This document shows positions 11,236-21,346 of a stretch of DNA of 50,115 nt, piece by piece. The DNA is from Bifidobacterium sp. UBA6881 (GTDB lineage Bacteria > Actinomycetota > Actinomycetes > Actinomycetales > Bifidobacteriaceae). The position numbers were made by a program, and so were the translations under genes. The DNA lies in assembly GCF_002451435.1 (NCBI RefSeq), contig NZ_DKCF01000020.1; one strand, written 5' to 3'. Every line of letters starts with the position of its first letter. Position 1 is the stretch's first letter. Below the pieces are notes generated by a model, which saw nothing but the letters and a program-made list of their open reading frames with translations, did no database searches and was not told where the DNA came from.

Positions 11236-12326
11236 GGTGCCACTCCAATCTTTGTCAAACCTGCGTCTTCAGGAAGTCCCAATGCCACATTCAGCGACTG
11301 CACCGCTTGGCCGGCCGTGCCGCGGTTGAGATTGTCGATGGCCGCGAACGCCAGGAGACGTCCGGCCTTGTGGTCGACGGCGACCTGGATGTGGGCGGCG
11401 TTCGAGCCGATGATGTTGGCGGTGGCCGGCATCACGCCCTCCGGAAGCACCACCATGAAATCCTGGCCACGGTAGGCGTCGAGCCATACCTGCCGGATTT
11501 CGGCGTCGGTCATCCTCAATGCCTTGTCGGTCAGCTTCGCCGAAACGGAGGCGAGGATGCCGCGGGCCATCGGAACGAGTATGGGGGTGAATCCCAAGGT
11601 GAATTCGCTGGCGGCCGCGGCGCTTTTGCCCGCGGCGTGCGCGAAGTTCTGCAGGATCTCCGGAATGTGACGGTGCGTGCCGCCCACCGAATACGGCAAC
11701 GCCGAGCCGAACGCCTCGGCGGCAAGCAGATTCGTGCGCTTGAGGTTCTTTCCCGCGCCGGAATAGCCGACGACCAGGTCGGCGACGATATCGGTCGGGT
11801 CGACCAACCCCTGCGCCACACCGGGTTGCAACGCCAGCGTCGTGGCGGTCACGTTGCAACCCGGACCGGCGATGCGCTTGGTTCCGGGCAGCGCCTCGCG
11901 CTGACGCGTGTAGGAGCCGTCCGCCTTGGTGCCGGTGATGAGTTCCGGCATGCCGTACGTCCAATGTTCGTAGAAGTCGCCGCCGTAGAACTCGTCCCAC
12001 GCGGACTGTTCCTCAAGACGGTGGTCCGCGCCGAGGTCGACGACCACGGCGTTCGGGTCGAGTTTTGCCGCCAATGCGCCTGATGCGCCGTGCGGCAAAG
12101 CGAGGATGATCACGTCGTGCCCATTGAGCACTTCCGGTGTGGTGTCCTCCACGACCAGATCCGCCAGCTGCGGAATATGCGGCATGTGCTTGCCGAGCTT
12201 GTCGCCCACCGATGAATGTCCGGCGACGCAGGTCACTTCGAAATTCGGGTGCGCCGCAAGTATGCGAAGCGCCTCGCCGCCCGCATATCCTGTGGCGCCG
12301 GCCACGGCTACCGTGTATTTGGCCAT
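11232..12326 (-). CDS. argC: N-acetyl-gamma-glutamyl-phosphate reductase
   Basis: GATGYAG, LALPHG, PGCNVT, DNLNRGTAGQAVQ; start at MAKYTV. Confidence 0.97.
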   Translation of the reverse strand: MAKYTVAVAGATGYAGGEALRILAAHPNFEVTCVAGHSSVGDKLGKHMPHIPQLADLVVEDTTPEVLNGHDVIILALPHGASGALAAKLDPNAVVVDLGADHRLEEQSAWDEFYGGDFYEHWTYGMPELITGTKADGSYTRQREALPGTKRIAGPGCNVTATTLALQPGVAQGLVDPTDIVADLVVGYSGAGKNLKRTNLLAAEAFGSALPYSVGGTHRHIPEILQNFAHAAGKSAAAASEFTLGFTPILVPMARGILASVSAKLTDKALRMTDAEIRQVWLDAYRGQDFMVVLPEGVMPATANIIGSNAAHIQVAVDHKAGRLLAFAAIDNLNRGTAGQAVQSLNVALGLPEDAGLTKIGVAP

Positions 12327-12361
12327 GTCACGTCTCTTTCCTTGACTCGCTAAAACAGTGT

Positions 12362-12402
12362 TCAGCATACACTTTATGCAATACTTTGCATAACTATGCA
12401 TC
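12362..12402 (-). promoter_or_regulatory. Tandem ARG boxes (ArgR operator) upstream of argC
   Basis: Minus strand GATGCATAGTTATGCAAA-GTA-TTGCATAAAGTGTATGCT, aligning with the argG operator. Confidence 0.88.
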
Positions 12403-12467
12403 TGAATTGTGTCGGATAGTGGTCATCGACGTTTCCACAATGCAATCGGCCGACGTTCGAAACCGGT

Positions 12468-13247
12468 TCAGGCGGTGATGGAATCCGAACCGTTGCCGCC
12501 GCCGTTGCCGAGCATGTACTGCATCATCTCGTTGTACAGGTCCGTGGTGGACATGCCGTGCACGGTGAGCCAGATCACCGTGATGGTGTACAGCACGTTG
12601 ATCACCACCGCGGCGAATCCCAGCCAATAGCCTTTCATGTGCAGTTTCTTGGTGCGCCACATCGACACGGCGCCCATGATCGCCGACAATACCGGCACCG
12701 GCAGGAACAGCGCGAAGATAAAGGAGATGATGGCGTAGGAATCCCAGTGCCCGTACCATGGATTCTGCCTGGGGTCGTCGAGGTTGATGCCTCCCGGATA
12801 ATTGGGATTGTATGGCTGTTGGCTTCCGTTTTGGGGATTTGGATACCCGCTGTTCCACTGACCGGCGTTCGGCTGGCCGGCCCATTGATTCTGGTTTCCG
12901 GGCTGCTGGTTGCCGTAGGGCTGGCCATACGGCTGATTCGGGAACTGCCGGTTGTACGGTTGGCCGTTCTGCTGGCCATACTGCGCGTTCCGGATCTGAG
13001 GATTCTGCTGTCCGTCGTCGGATTGCGGCTTTGGCTCCGGTTCGGGAGCCCCATAGACGTATGGATTGTATCCGGCCGGGTACTGACTGGACATGGCGCC
13101 GTATTCCGGCTGGTTGTACTGCCCGTAGGCCGGCTTCTGCGCCGGCCGTTCCGTATTATCGGCCGAAGACGAAGGAACCGGAGCAGCTCCGGCATCATCT
13201 CGACGTTCGTCGGATTTTGTTTGCTGGTTCTGTTCCGGTTCGTTCAT
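12468..13247 (-). CDS. DUF4190-type membrane protein with a Q/N/P/Y/G-rich N-terminus
   Basis: Low-complexity QPYG/NQQ repeats, then two TM helices (AIISFIFALFLPVPVLSAIMG; GYWLGFAAVVI). Confidence 0.8.
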   Translation of the reverse strand: MNEPEQNQQTKSDERRDDAGAAPVPSSSADNTERPAQKPAYGQYNQPEYGAMSSQYPAGYNPYVYGAPEPEPKPQSDDGQQNPQIRNAQYGQQNGQPYNRQFPNQPYGQPYGNQQPGNQNQWAGQPNAGQWNSGYPNPQNGSQQPYNPNYPGGINLDDPRQNPWYGHWDSYAIISFIFALFLPVPVLSAIMGAVSMWRTKKLHMKGYWLGFAAVVINVLYTITVIWLTVHGMSTTDLYNEMMQYMLGNGGGNGSDSITA

Positions 13248-13282
13248 CAATCGTCCTTTTTTGTTCTTTGTTGGGACCGGCG

Positions 13283-15892
13283 TCAGGCGCGCAGCTGCGC
13301 ACCCAACTTGGCCGCTTCATCCACAATACGCTTGCGGATGGCCTCGCTGTCGTCGGAGGTCAGCGTCTTGTCCTTGGCGCGGAACGTGACCGCGTACGCC
13401 AGGGACTTCAGGCCTTCTCCCAGCTGGTCGCCGGTGTAGACGTCGAACAGCTTGATGTCTTCCAGGGCATCGCCGGCGGCGTTGGCGATGACCTTCTCCA
13501 AATCGGCCGCGGTGACGTCGGTCGATACGGTGAAGGCGAGGTCCTGCTTGACCGGCGGGAAGGTGGAGATCGGCTTGGCCTGCACCGGCTTGCCGCTCAG
13601 CGTGGCGAACAGATCGGTCAGATTCAGCTCGAACGCCGCGGAATGAGCCGGGAAGCCCAAGGCCTCGTTCACATGCGGATGGAGTTCGCCGACCATGCCG
13701 ACGAACACATCGCCGGCCATCACCTTGGCCGCACGGCCAGGATGCCACTGGGAGGGAACGTCCTCGGCCTTCGGCTGCACCAAGGTGAGGCCGGCGCCGA
13801 TGCGGTCGGAGATGCGGCGCACGGATTCGACGGCGTCGCTCCAGTCCACCGCGCGGCGTTCGCCCAGCCAGCCGGAATCGACCGCGTTGCCGGTGAGGAT
13901 GCCGGCGACGTGCATCGGCTGGTCCGGCAGGCCCGCGTCGAGCGCGGCGAGCTGCTCGTCGGTCGGCTTGACCGCGCCCGGCAGTGCCGGAATCGCGGGG
14001 GCGTCCGGATTCCACAGGTACACGTGGCCGATTTCGTACAGCGACACGTTTTCGGCGCCGCGGCGCAGGTTGCGCTGCACGGTCTGGGCCAGCGTCGGCA
14101 GAATGTCGCGGCGCAGGAACGGGCGGTCACCGGCGAGCGGGTTGGCGATTTCGACGCTGACCTTCTCGACCTCTTCGGCGTTCAATGCGAAGTTCTTGTA
14201 GTCTGCAGGGCCTACGAACGGATAGCTCAGCGTTTCCACCATGCCGTATTCGGCGAGCTCGTCGGCCACCTGGCGCTTGCGCAGCTGCTCCGGGGTGAGA
14301 CCGACCTTGCCCTTGACCGGCGCGGGCGGAACGGTGACCGGAATCTCGTCGTAGCCGACGAGACGGGCGACTTCCTCGACCAGGTCGCATGGCTGGTTCA
14401 GATCCGGACGCCAGCTCGGCGGCATCACGGAGAATTCACCATTGCCGCCACCTGCCACGGAGCAGCCGATGTCGGTGAGGATGTCGCTGATGGTGTTCAC
14501 ATCGGTATCGAGACCGGCGACACGGGCCACTTCGGAGGCCTTGAACAGGATCGGGCGGCGCACGGCGACCGTGTTGAGGTCGGTCGGGTGTTCGCTCGGC
14601 TCGCCGTTGCCGTACTTGACCATGAGTTCGGCGGCCATCTGCGCGGCTGCCGGCTGCAACTGGTTGTCCACGCCACGTTCGAAGCGGCGCGACGCCTCGG
14701 AGGGGATCTTGTGGCGGCGTGCGGAACGTGCGATCGACACCGGGTCGAAGTGCGCGGATTCCAGCAGGATGTTCTTGGTCTCGGCGGTGACTTCGCCATA
14801 CAGTCCGCCCATCACGCCCGCGATGCCGAGCACGCGGGAGCCGCGCTGTCCGTTCGGCGAATCGGTGATCAGCAGGTCCTCGACGCTCAAATCGTGTTCC
14901 TTGCCATCCAGCGTGGTGAGCTTCTCCCCTTCGTTGGCGCGACGCACCACGATCGGCCCCTCGATCTTGTCGAGGTCATAGGCGTGCATCGGCTGGCCGA
15001 GGTCGAGCATCACGTAATTGGTGACGTCGACGGCCAGGGAGATGGACCGCATGCCGGCGCGGACCAGACGGCGGCGCATCCAGTTCGGCGTGTGGCTCGA
15101 CGGGTCGAAGCCGCGGACCGCGCGTGCGTAGTAGCGGTCGCAACCGACCACGCCGTGAATCGGATTGTTGTCGTCGACGACCACTTCGATATCGGTTTTG
15201 GTGCCTTCGGGGAGTCCGGTGGTGACCGGTGCCTTCTTGCCCAGTTCGATGGCCGGATCCGTGTACGCGGCACCGGTGGAGTGGTGGTATTCGCGTGCCA
15301 CGCCGCGGTAGGAGAACGCGTAGCCGCGGTCCGGCGTGATGTTGATCTCCAGCAGCGGCTGGTCCAAGTGCAGCAGGTGCATGGCATCGTCGCCCGGCTG
15401 GAGCTTCTCGTACTCCTCCGGGGTGAAACCGTACTTGCGCAGCAGGATGATGCCGTCGTGGTTGTCGCCCAGGCCCAGCTCGCGTTCGGAGGCGCACATG
15501 CCGTTGGAGATGTGGCCGTAGGTCTTGCGCGGCTCGATCTTGAAGTCGCCCGGCAGGACGGCGCCCGGCAGGGTCACGACGACCTTCTCGCCGGCGGCCA
15601 TGTTCGGCGCGCCGCAGATGATGCCGCGCGGCACCTTGTTGCCGTTCTCGTCGGTCTCGTTGTACTGGTCGCCGACGTCGACGTGGCACCAGTTGATGAT
15701 CTTGCCGTTCTTCTGCGGTTCCGGGGTGGCGTCGACCACGTAGCCGACGACGATCGGACCGGTGACCTGGGAGGAGTGGATCTCCTCCTCTTCGAGGCCG
15801 ACCTTCACCAGATCCTTGGCAAGCTGTTCGTAGGTAAGGCCTTCCGGAACCTCGACGTGGTCCTTGAGCCAATCAATATCAACCATTGGCAT
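13283..15892 (-). CDS. pheT: Phenylalanine--tRNA ligase beta subunit
   Basis: IICGAPN, SNGMCASERELGL, TPDRGY, GQPMHAYD, RFERGVD, C-terminal FDX-ACB domain. Confidence 0.98.
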   Translation of the reverse strand: MPMVDIDWLKDHVEVPEGLTYEQLAKDLVKVGLEEEEIHSSQVTGPIVVGYVVDATPEPQKNGKIINWCHVDVGDQYNETDENGNKVPRGIICGAPNMAAGEKVVVTLPGAVLPGDFKIEPRKTYGHISNGMCASERELGLGDNHDGIILLRKYGFTPEEYEKLQPGDDAMHLLHLDQPLLEINITPDRGYAFSYRGVAREYHHSTGAAYTDPAIELGKKAPVTTGLPEGTKTDIEVVVDDNNPIHGVVGCDRYYARAVRGFDPSSHTPNWMRRRLVRAGMRSISLAVDVTNYVMLDLGQPMHAYDLDKIEGPIVVRRANEGEKLTTLDGKEHDLSVEDLLITDSPNGQRGSRVLGIAGVMGGLYGEVTAETKNILLESAHFDPVSIARSARRHKIPSEASRRFERGVDNQLQPAAAQMAAELMVKYGNGEPSEHPTDLNTVAVRRPILFKASEVARVAGLDTDVNTISDILTDIGCSVAGGGNGEFSVMPPSWRPDLNQPCDLVEEVARLVGYDEIPVTVPPAPVKGKVGLTPEQLRKRQVADELAEYGMVETLSYPFVGPADYKNFALNAEEVEKVSVEIANPLAGDRPFLRRDILPTLAQTVQRNLRRGAENVSLYEIGHVYLWNPDAPAIPALPGAVKPTDEQLAALDAGLPDQPMHVAGILTGNAVDSGWLGERRAVDWSDAVESVRRISDRIGAGLTLVQPKAEDVPSQWHPGRAAKVMAGDVFVGMVGELHPHVNEALGFPAHSAAFELNLTDLFATLSGKPVQAKPISTFPPVKQDLAFTVSTDVTAADLEKVIANAAGDALEDIKLFDVYTGDQLGEGLKSLAYAVTFRAKDKTLTSDDSEAIRKRIVDEAAKLGAQLRA

Positions 15893-15899
15893 GGGTCAA

Positions 15900-16967
15900 T
15901 CACTCCCCCATCACAAACTGTTCGCTGAATCGCACGTCGCCTTCGACCAGGTCGTGCATGTCGTTGATGTCGTGGCGCAGCAGCAGGGTGCGTTCCACGC
16001 CCACGCCGAACGCGAAGCCGGTGTAGACCTCGGGGTCGAGGCCCGCGGACTTCAGCACGTTCGGGTTGACCATGCCGCAGCCGCCCCATTCGAGCCAGCC
16101 GGCGCCGCCCTTCTTATCGGGGAACCACAGATCGAGCTCGGCGCTCGGTTCGGTGAACGGGAAGTAGCTCGGGCGCAGACGCGTCTTGGCCTCCGGACCG
16201 AACATGGCCACGGCGAGCTTGTCGAGCACACCCTTCAGATCGGCCATGGTCAGGTTCTTGTCGACCGCAAGGGCCTCGACCTGATGGAACACCGGAGTGT
16301 GGGTGGCGTCAAGCTCGTCGGTGCGGAACACACGGCCGGGGCACGCGATGTACAGCGGCACGCCACGGGTGATCAGACCACGGACCTGGTCGGAGGACGT
16401 CTGGGTGCGCAGCACCATGTTGGAGCCGACGAAGCCCGCGGCGTCCTTGGCCTGATTGCCCTTGACGTAGAAGGTGTCCTGCATCTGGCGCGCAGGATGG
16501 TCCGGCCCGAAGTTCAGCGCGTCGAAGTCGTACCACTCGGTCTCCACTTCCGGACCGTCGGAGATCTGCCATCCCATGGAGACGAAGAAGTCCTCGACAT
16601 CCTCCATGAGCTTCGGCAGCGGATGGCGCGCGCCCAACGGCTTACGCTCGACCGGCAAGGTCATGTCGACGGTTTCGGCGGCCAGTGCGCGGGCCTCCTC
16701 TTCGGCCTTGACCTGCTTCTCCTTGGTGCCGAACGCGCGACCGAAGTCGGCGCGCAGCTTGCCCATGAGCTTGCCCGCGTCCTTCTTCTGGTCCTTCGGC
16801 AAAGAACCGATGGCCTTGCTTGCCTGCGTCATCGCGGATTCCGCTCCGGCGTACTGCGTCTTGATGGCTTTCAATTCCTCCATGCTGGAGGCGTTTTCGA
16901 TTTTCGCGATGCCCTCGGCAACCGCATCGGTTACCGCTTGGGCGTCGAATACCGCACCTTCTGCCAC
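15900..16967 (-). CDS. pheS: Phenylalanine--tRNA ligase alpha subunit
   Basis: HPARQMQDTFY, LRTQTS, RPSYFPFTEPS, GFAFGVGVER; GTG start after AGAAAGG. Confidence 0.98.
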   Translation of the reverse strand: MAEGAVFDAQAVTDAVAEGIAKIENASSMEELKAIKTQYAGAESAMTQASKAIGSLPKDQKKDAGKLMGKLRADFGRAFGTKEKQVKAEEEARALAAETVDMTLPVERKPLGARHPLPKLMEDVEDFFVSMGWQISDGPEVETEWYDFDALNFGPDHPARQMQDTFYVKGNQAKDAAGFVGSNMVLRTQTSSDQVRGLITRGVPLYIACPGRVFRTDELDATHTPVFHQVEALAVDKNLTMADLKGVLDKLAVAMFGPEAKTRLRPSYFPFTEPSAELDLWFPDKKGGAGWLEWGGCGMVNPNVLKSAGLDPEVYTGFAFGVGVERTLLLRHDINDMHDLVEGDVRFSEQFVMGE

Positions 16968-17032
16968 GAGATACCTTTCTAATTTCCCGTTTGTTTTACG
17001 CGAAAAACGCGCAATTTCAACGTTTTCCGACT

Positions 17033-17905
17033 TCACATTCTTTCAACATGACTCGACATAGCCAAGCTCAGCAGCATCACCGCCGCGCTCGTGCCGAGGT
17101 TCAACGATTCCGCCTTGCCGTAAATCGGAATCGATACGATCCGGTCGACGCGTTCAAGCACCTCCCGGGTCAGTCCGCGCGCCTCGTTGCCGAACAGCAC
17201 CGTCTTGGCGCCGATGGCCGATTCAGGCGACGCGACCACATCGGTCAATGATTCCGGCGGACGTGCGTCGGTGCCATACACGTCGGCGGCGTAGATGGTC
17301 AGACCGTGCTCGTCGCACCACGAGAAGAACTCCTCGGTGCCCATGCTGAGGACGGGCAGGTGGAACAACGAACCGGCGGTGGAACGGATCACCTTCGGAT
17401 TGAAGATGTCCACGCAATCGTCGACGAACACCACCGCGGCGCAGCCGGACGCGTCGGCCGATCGGATGACGGTGCCGGCGTTGCCCGGATCGCGTACCTG
17501 CCAGAACGCCGCGACCATCGCATGGTCGTCGAAATCGTCGGGAGCGACGGCCGTATCGAGGAATTCGCGTGTTCCCGCGACGGCGAGCACGCCCTGCGCG
17601 TCCGAGCTCATATGGTGCATGACCGCATGCGTGACCTTGTGCACATACGTGCCGGACTGCATGGCTTTGCCGGCCATCTGCGCCACCGCGGGCGTCACGA
17701 AGGTGGCGTCCGGTTCCGCGGAGTCCACCTCCACATAAAGGTCCTGGACGATGTCGGGATGCCATGTCAGCAGCTCGCGCACCGACTGCGGCCCCTCCAC
17801 CATGAAGCGGCCCGAGCGCCTGCGTCCCTTCCGATCCGCGAGCTCGGCCACGCGGCGGACGCGTTCCGACTTGGGATTCGCAATAACTTCGGATTTAATA
17901 GGCAT
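17033..17905 (-). CDS. TrmH/SpoU-family RNA methyltransferase
   Basis: RDPGNAGTVIRSA, FGNEARGL and ESLNL SPOUT motifs; usual position upstream of pheS. Confidence 0.93.
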   Translation of the reverse strand: MPIKSEVIANPKSERVRRVAELADRKGRRRSGRFMVEGPQSVRELLTWHPDIVQDLYVEVDSAEPDATFVTPAVAQMAGKAMQSGTYVHKVTHAVMHHMSSDAQGVLAVAGTREFLDTAVAPDDFDDHAMVAAFWQVRDPGNAGTVIRSADASGCAAVVFVDDCVDIFNPKVIRSTAGSLFHLPVLSMGTEEFFSWCDEHGLTIYAADVYGTDARPPESLTDVVASPESAIGAKTVLFGNEARGLTREVLERVDRIVSIPIYGKAESLNLGTSAAVMLLSLAMSSHVERM

Positions 17906-17985
17906 ACGCGTTAGCCTAACACCTCGCGCCCCGTCGCCACTCTTTTCATATCGCGTTTCCTCACCGCCATCGCCGTCCAGTGAAT

Positions 17986-18002
17986 TCACAGATTCATCAC
18001 AG
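17986..18002 (+). promoter_or_regulatory. Direct repeat TCACAG-N5-TCACAG, candidate OmpR/PhoB-family response-regulator site
   Basis: Perfect hexamer repeat with 11-bp period, about 110 bp upstream of the ABC permease; candidate -10 TACCAT at 18047-18052. Confidence 0.5.
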
Positions 18003-18110
18003 CCACGTTCAAGGGTTCTCCCCGCAATCGGCAAAGAACCGCTTTTTACCATGGTCGTAAACGCCGCATGCGGCGGCGTAGGCAATGCCCATTCAATTCA
18101 GGGGAACCAT

Positions 18111-19811
18111 ATGTTCGTCATCAAAAACGCTTGGAGAAGCGTCACCAGGAACAAGGGCCGCAACGTCCTAATCATCGTGATCGTCGCCATTATCGCGGCG
18201 GCGGCCACCATCGGCCTGTCCATCAGGCAGGCGGCGGCCACCGCGAGGGAAAGCGGACTGGAGAACACCACCATCACCGCGCAGATCAGCCTCGACCGCA
18301 GCAAGCTCATCAGCCAGTCACGGGAACAGAGCAAATCCGATTCCTCCGGCCAATCCGACGACGGCAAACCCGATTTCGACGCGATGCGCTCGGCTTTGAG
18401 CGACAAACAGCTTTCCTTGAGCAAATATCAGAAGTATGCGAAATCGTCTTCCGCGGTGAAGTCGACCTATTACACGGAGACCACGGGATTGTCGGCAACC
18501 GACGATTTCCAACCGGTCTCCGATTCCTCCAGTTCCTCCAGCTCCTCCGATTCGAACAGCTCGGATAGCTCAAGCGGCTCATCGGATTCGAACGGCCAGT
18601 CCGACGGCAACGAACCCGGCGACAAGATGCCCGGCGGAGATATGGGTGGCCAAGGCGGAGCCGCCATGGTGAGCGGTGACTTCTCCCTTGTGGGTTTCTC
18701 ATCCGACGAGGCCGTCGCCAACGCCTCCAACGGCACCTTCACCATGAAATCCGGCAAGGTGTTCGGCTATGGCACCGGCAGCGATGGCGATGCGATCATC
18801 TCCAAGTCGCTCGCCGACTTCAACGACCTGTCCGTCGGCGACACCGTCAGCGTCGCCGATCCGAATGACTCGGACACCACATACAAGCTGACCATCGTCG
18901 GCATCTACAAGAACTCCACCGAGTCGAGCCAGCAGATGGGCGGACCGATGTCGTCCAACGCCTCCGATCCGGCGAACGCGATCTACACTTCCGTGTCCAC
19001 GCTCAAATCGCTGGGATTGGATTCCGATTCGGATTCCGATTCCGCGGCTCAGCTGAACTACACCTACGTGTTCGCCGACAAGGCGGACTACGAGACATTC
19101 GCCAAGGATGTCAAGAAGGCCGGCTTGGGTAGCGACTACACCGTGTCCTCCGCCGACGTGGAGAATTACGAATCCAGCCTGGTGCCATTGAACAACCTGT
19201 CGAAGTTCGCGCTGACGCTGCTGATTGTGGTGCTGGCGGTCGGCGGTGTGGTGCTGGTGGTCATCACCTTGCTGAACGTGCGCGAACGCAAGTACGAGAT
19301 CGGCGTGCTCACCGCGATCGGAGTCAACAAGGTGAAGGTGGCGGCGCAGTTCACGCTGGAGCTGCTCATCGTCACGATGATCGGCCTCGCCTTGGGCACC
19401 GGAATCGGATCGGCAGCCTCCGTGCCGGTCTCCAACCAGCTGCTGTCCAGCCAGGTCGAGCAGCAGCAGACGCAGCAATCCAGCCAGCGTGAGCAGTTCG
19501 GCCGCGACATGCAGCAGTCGGGCGGCAAGACTTCAGATGATTCCGCCGATTCCGGTTCCTCTTCTTCCGGCGGCGCGAACGGCGCCGACACCACGAAGAA
19601 CACTGCCAATGGCAAGCCGCAAGGCGGCGCTCCGGGCGGCATGATGGACCGCGCGACCAACTACGTCTCCTCCATCAACGCGACCGTGAACCTCGCCGTG
19701 GTCGGCCAACTGCTGCTGGTCGGATTGGCGCTGACGCTCGTCGCCGCATTGGTGGCCGTCGTCTTCGTGCTGCGGTACGAACCGTTGCAGATCCTCGCCG
19801 ACCGCTCCTGA
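18111..19811 (+). CDS. MacB/FtsX-family ABC transporter permease
   Basis: N-terminal TM, large extracellular domain, RERKYEIGVLTAIG FtsX motif, ends RYEPLQIL; start at MFVIKNAW. Confidence 0.9.
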   Translation: MFVIKNAWRSVTRNKGRNVLIIVIVAIIAAAATIGLSIRQAAATARESGLENTTITAQISLDRSKLISQSREQSKSDSSGQSDDGKPDFDAMRSALSDKQLSLSKYQKYAKSSSAVKSTYYTETTGLSATDDFQPVSDSSSSSSSSDSNSSDSSSGSSDSNGQSDGNEPGDKMPGGDMGGQGGAAMVSGDFSLVGFSSDEAVANASNGTFTMKSGKVFGYGTGSDGDAIISKSLADFNDLSVGDTVSVADPNDSDTTYKLTIVGIYKNSTESSQQMGGPMSSNASDPANAIYTSVSTLKSLGLDSDSDSDSAAQLNYTYVFADKADYETFAKDVKKAGLGSDYTVSSADVENYESSLVPLNNLSKFALTLLIVVLAVGGVVLVVITLLNVRERKYEIGVLTAIGVNKVKVAAQFTLELLIVTMIGLALGTGIGSAASVPVSNQLLSSQVEQQQTQQSSQREQFGRDMQQSGGKTSDDSADSGSSSSGGANGADTTKNTANGKPQGGAPGGMMDRATNYVSSINATVNLAVVGQLLLVGLALTLVAALVAVVFVLRYEPLQILADRS

Positions 19812-19834
19812 AACCGTTCCCGAAAGGAATCATC

Positions 19835-20572
19835 ATGACCATGAATGCAGAATCCCCAGCATCGGAAACCACGCAGGGCGTTTCGAAAGCCCCCGTGCTC
19901 CGTTTGGACAATGTGAGCTATGCCTATACGAAGGGCGGAAAACGCGTGCTGAAGAACATCAGCCACGATTTCCACTCCGGCAGGGTGCATGCCATCACCG
20001 GTCCTTCGGGTGCCGGCAAGACCACGATGCTGTCACTAATCTCCGGGTTGGCCAATCCGACCGAAGGCAAGGTGCTGTACCGCGGCGCCGATCTGGCCAA
20101 GCAGGACCGATACCGCTACCGCAGCCATGACATCGGCGTGATCTTCCAAAGCTTCAATCTGCTGCCGAACATGACGGTGAGCGAGAACATCATCCTGTCG
20201 ATGGACGCTTCCGGCAAATCCTTCGAACGGCCGAAGAGGGAAATCGTCGACGAGCTTCTTCAGCAGGTGCATCTGCCCGAAGAATACGCGAATGAGCGCA
20301 TCCTGCATCTGTCGGGCGGCGAGCAGCAGCGTGTGGCCATCGCCCGCGCGCTGAGCTACAACCCGTCCATCATCGTGGCGGACGAGCCGACTGGCAACCT
20401 CGACATGGCCACACAGGACGACATCATGGGCATCTTCCGCGCGTTGGCCCATGACGAGGACCGTTGCGTCATCATCGTGACGCACAGTCCGGAAGTGGCC
20501 AAGGTCTCGGACGAGGTGTTCGAGCTGGCGCCGATCAGAAGGAAACGCAGGCCGGCACCGACGCGACGGTGA
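19835..20572 (+). CDS. ABC transporter ATP-binding protein (LolD/MacB-like)
   Basis: GPSGAGKTT, LSGGEQQRVAIAR, ADEPTGNLD, IVTH. Confidence 0.95.
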   Translation: MTMNAESPASETTQGVSKAPVLRLDNVSYAYTKGGKRVLKNISHDFHSGRVHAITGPSGAGKTTMLSLISGLANPTEGKVLYRGADLAKQDRYRYRSHDIGVIFQSFNLLPNMTVSENIILSMDASGKSFERPKREIVDELLQQVHLPEEYANERILHLSGGEQQRVAIARALSYNPSIIVADEPTGNLDMATQDDIMGIFRALAHDEDRCVIIVTHSPEVAKVSDEVFELAPIRRKRRPAPTRR

Positions 20573-20591
20573 ACGACCTGCCAGTAGACTG

Positions 20592-20630
20592 AGTGGTGGC
20601 TGTCGGCGACGACGGCCGCCACTTGTTTTT
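20592..20630 (+). terminator. Rho-independent terminator of the ABC operon
   Basis: AGTGGTGGCTGTCG-GCGA-CGACGGCCGCCACT stem (with G-U pairs) followed by TGTTTTT. Confidence 0.8.
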
Positions 20631-20690
20631 ATAAGACCCATATGAACGTCCACCAGAGGCGGACAGCAACCTTGTACGGAAGGCAGTCAG

Positions 20691-21233
20691 ATGAACATCA
20701 CCGTGTATCTCGGCGCGCATGAAGGCAACGACCCCGTATACAAAAACGCGGTCATCGAATTGGCCGCATGGATCGCCGACAACGGCCACCGGCTCGTCTA
20801 CGGAGGTTCCGACGAGGGATTGATGGCGGTGATCGCCGACACCGTGCTGGAACATGGCGGCAAGGTGACCGGCATCGAGGCGCAGATGTTCGTCGACAAG
20901 GGCGTCGCGCACCATGGGCTGACCGAACTGACCATCGTGCCGAACATCACCGAGCGTCGGACGCGCATGATCGAGCTCGGCGACGTGTTCATCGCCTTCC
21001 CCGGCGGCACCGGCACTTTGGAGGAGATCAGCGAGGTCGTGTCGAAGATCTGCCTCGACCAATTGACTCAGCCGTGCATCTTCTACAATCTCAACGGTTT
21101 CTATGACGACATGCGCGCGCTGCTGCGGCATATGATCGACGCCGGCTTCTCCACAACGGAACGCCAGCACGGCATTTACTTCGCCTCGAATCTGAACGAC
21201 ATCGAACATATCATCGCCACGCACCGGGCATGA
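20691..21233 (+). CDS. LOG-family (TIGR00730) nucleotide 5'-monophosphate phosphoribohydrolase
   Basis: LVYGGS..GLM and FPGGTGTLEE (PGGxGTxxE) motifs. Confidence 0.9.
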   Translation: MNITVYLGAHEGNDPVYKNAVIELAAWIADNGHRLVYGGSDEGLMAVIADTVLEHGGKVTGIEAQMFVDKGVAHHGLTELTIVPNITERRTRMIELGDVFIAFPGGTGTLEEISEVVSKICLDQLTQPCIFYNLNGFYDDMRALLRHMIDAGFSTTERQHGIYFASNLNDIEHIIATHRA

Positions 21234-21346
21234 CCTGCGCATCCGCACTCGGGACAGGCGGCGTCCCCTGCCCGACGATTGGCGGCAAATGCCGGACGCA
21301 CGCGGAATCCCGCAATACGGCTTACGGCGCAACGCCGTGCAGTCGT

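Noticed and set aside
12812..15928. Very long antisense ORFs (1038 aa here; also 356-2470, 30557-32977, 34181-36703, 36550-40041, 39380-41587)
   Set aside because: Shadow frames opposite real high-GC genes. They have no recognisable motifs and reflect stop-codon depletion from codon bias.
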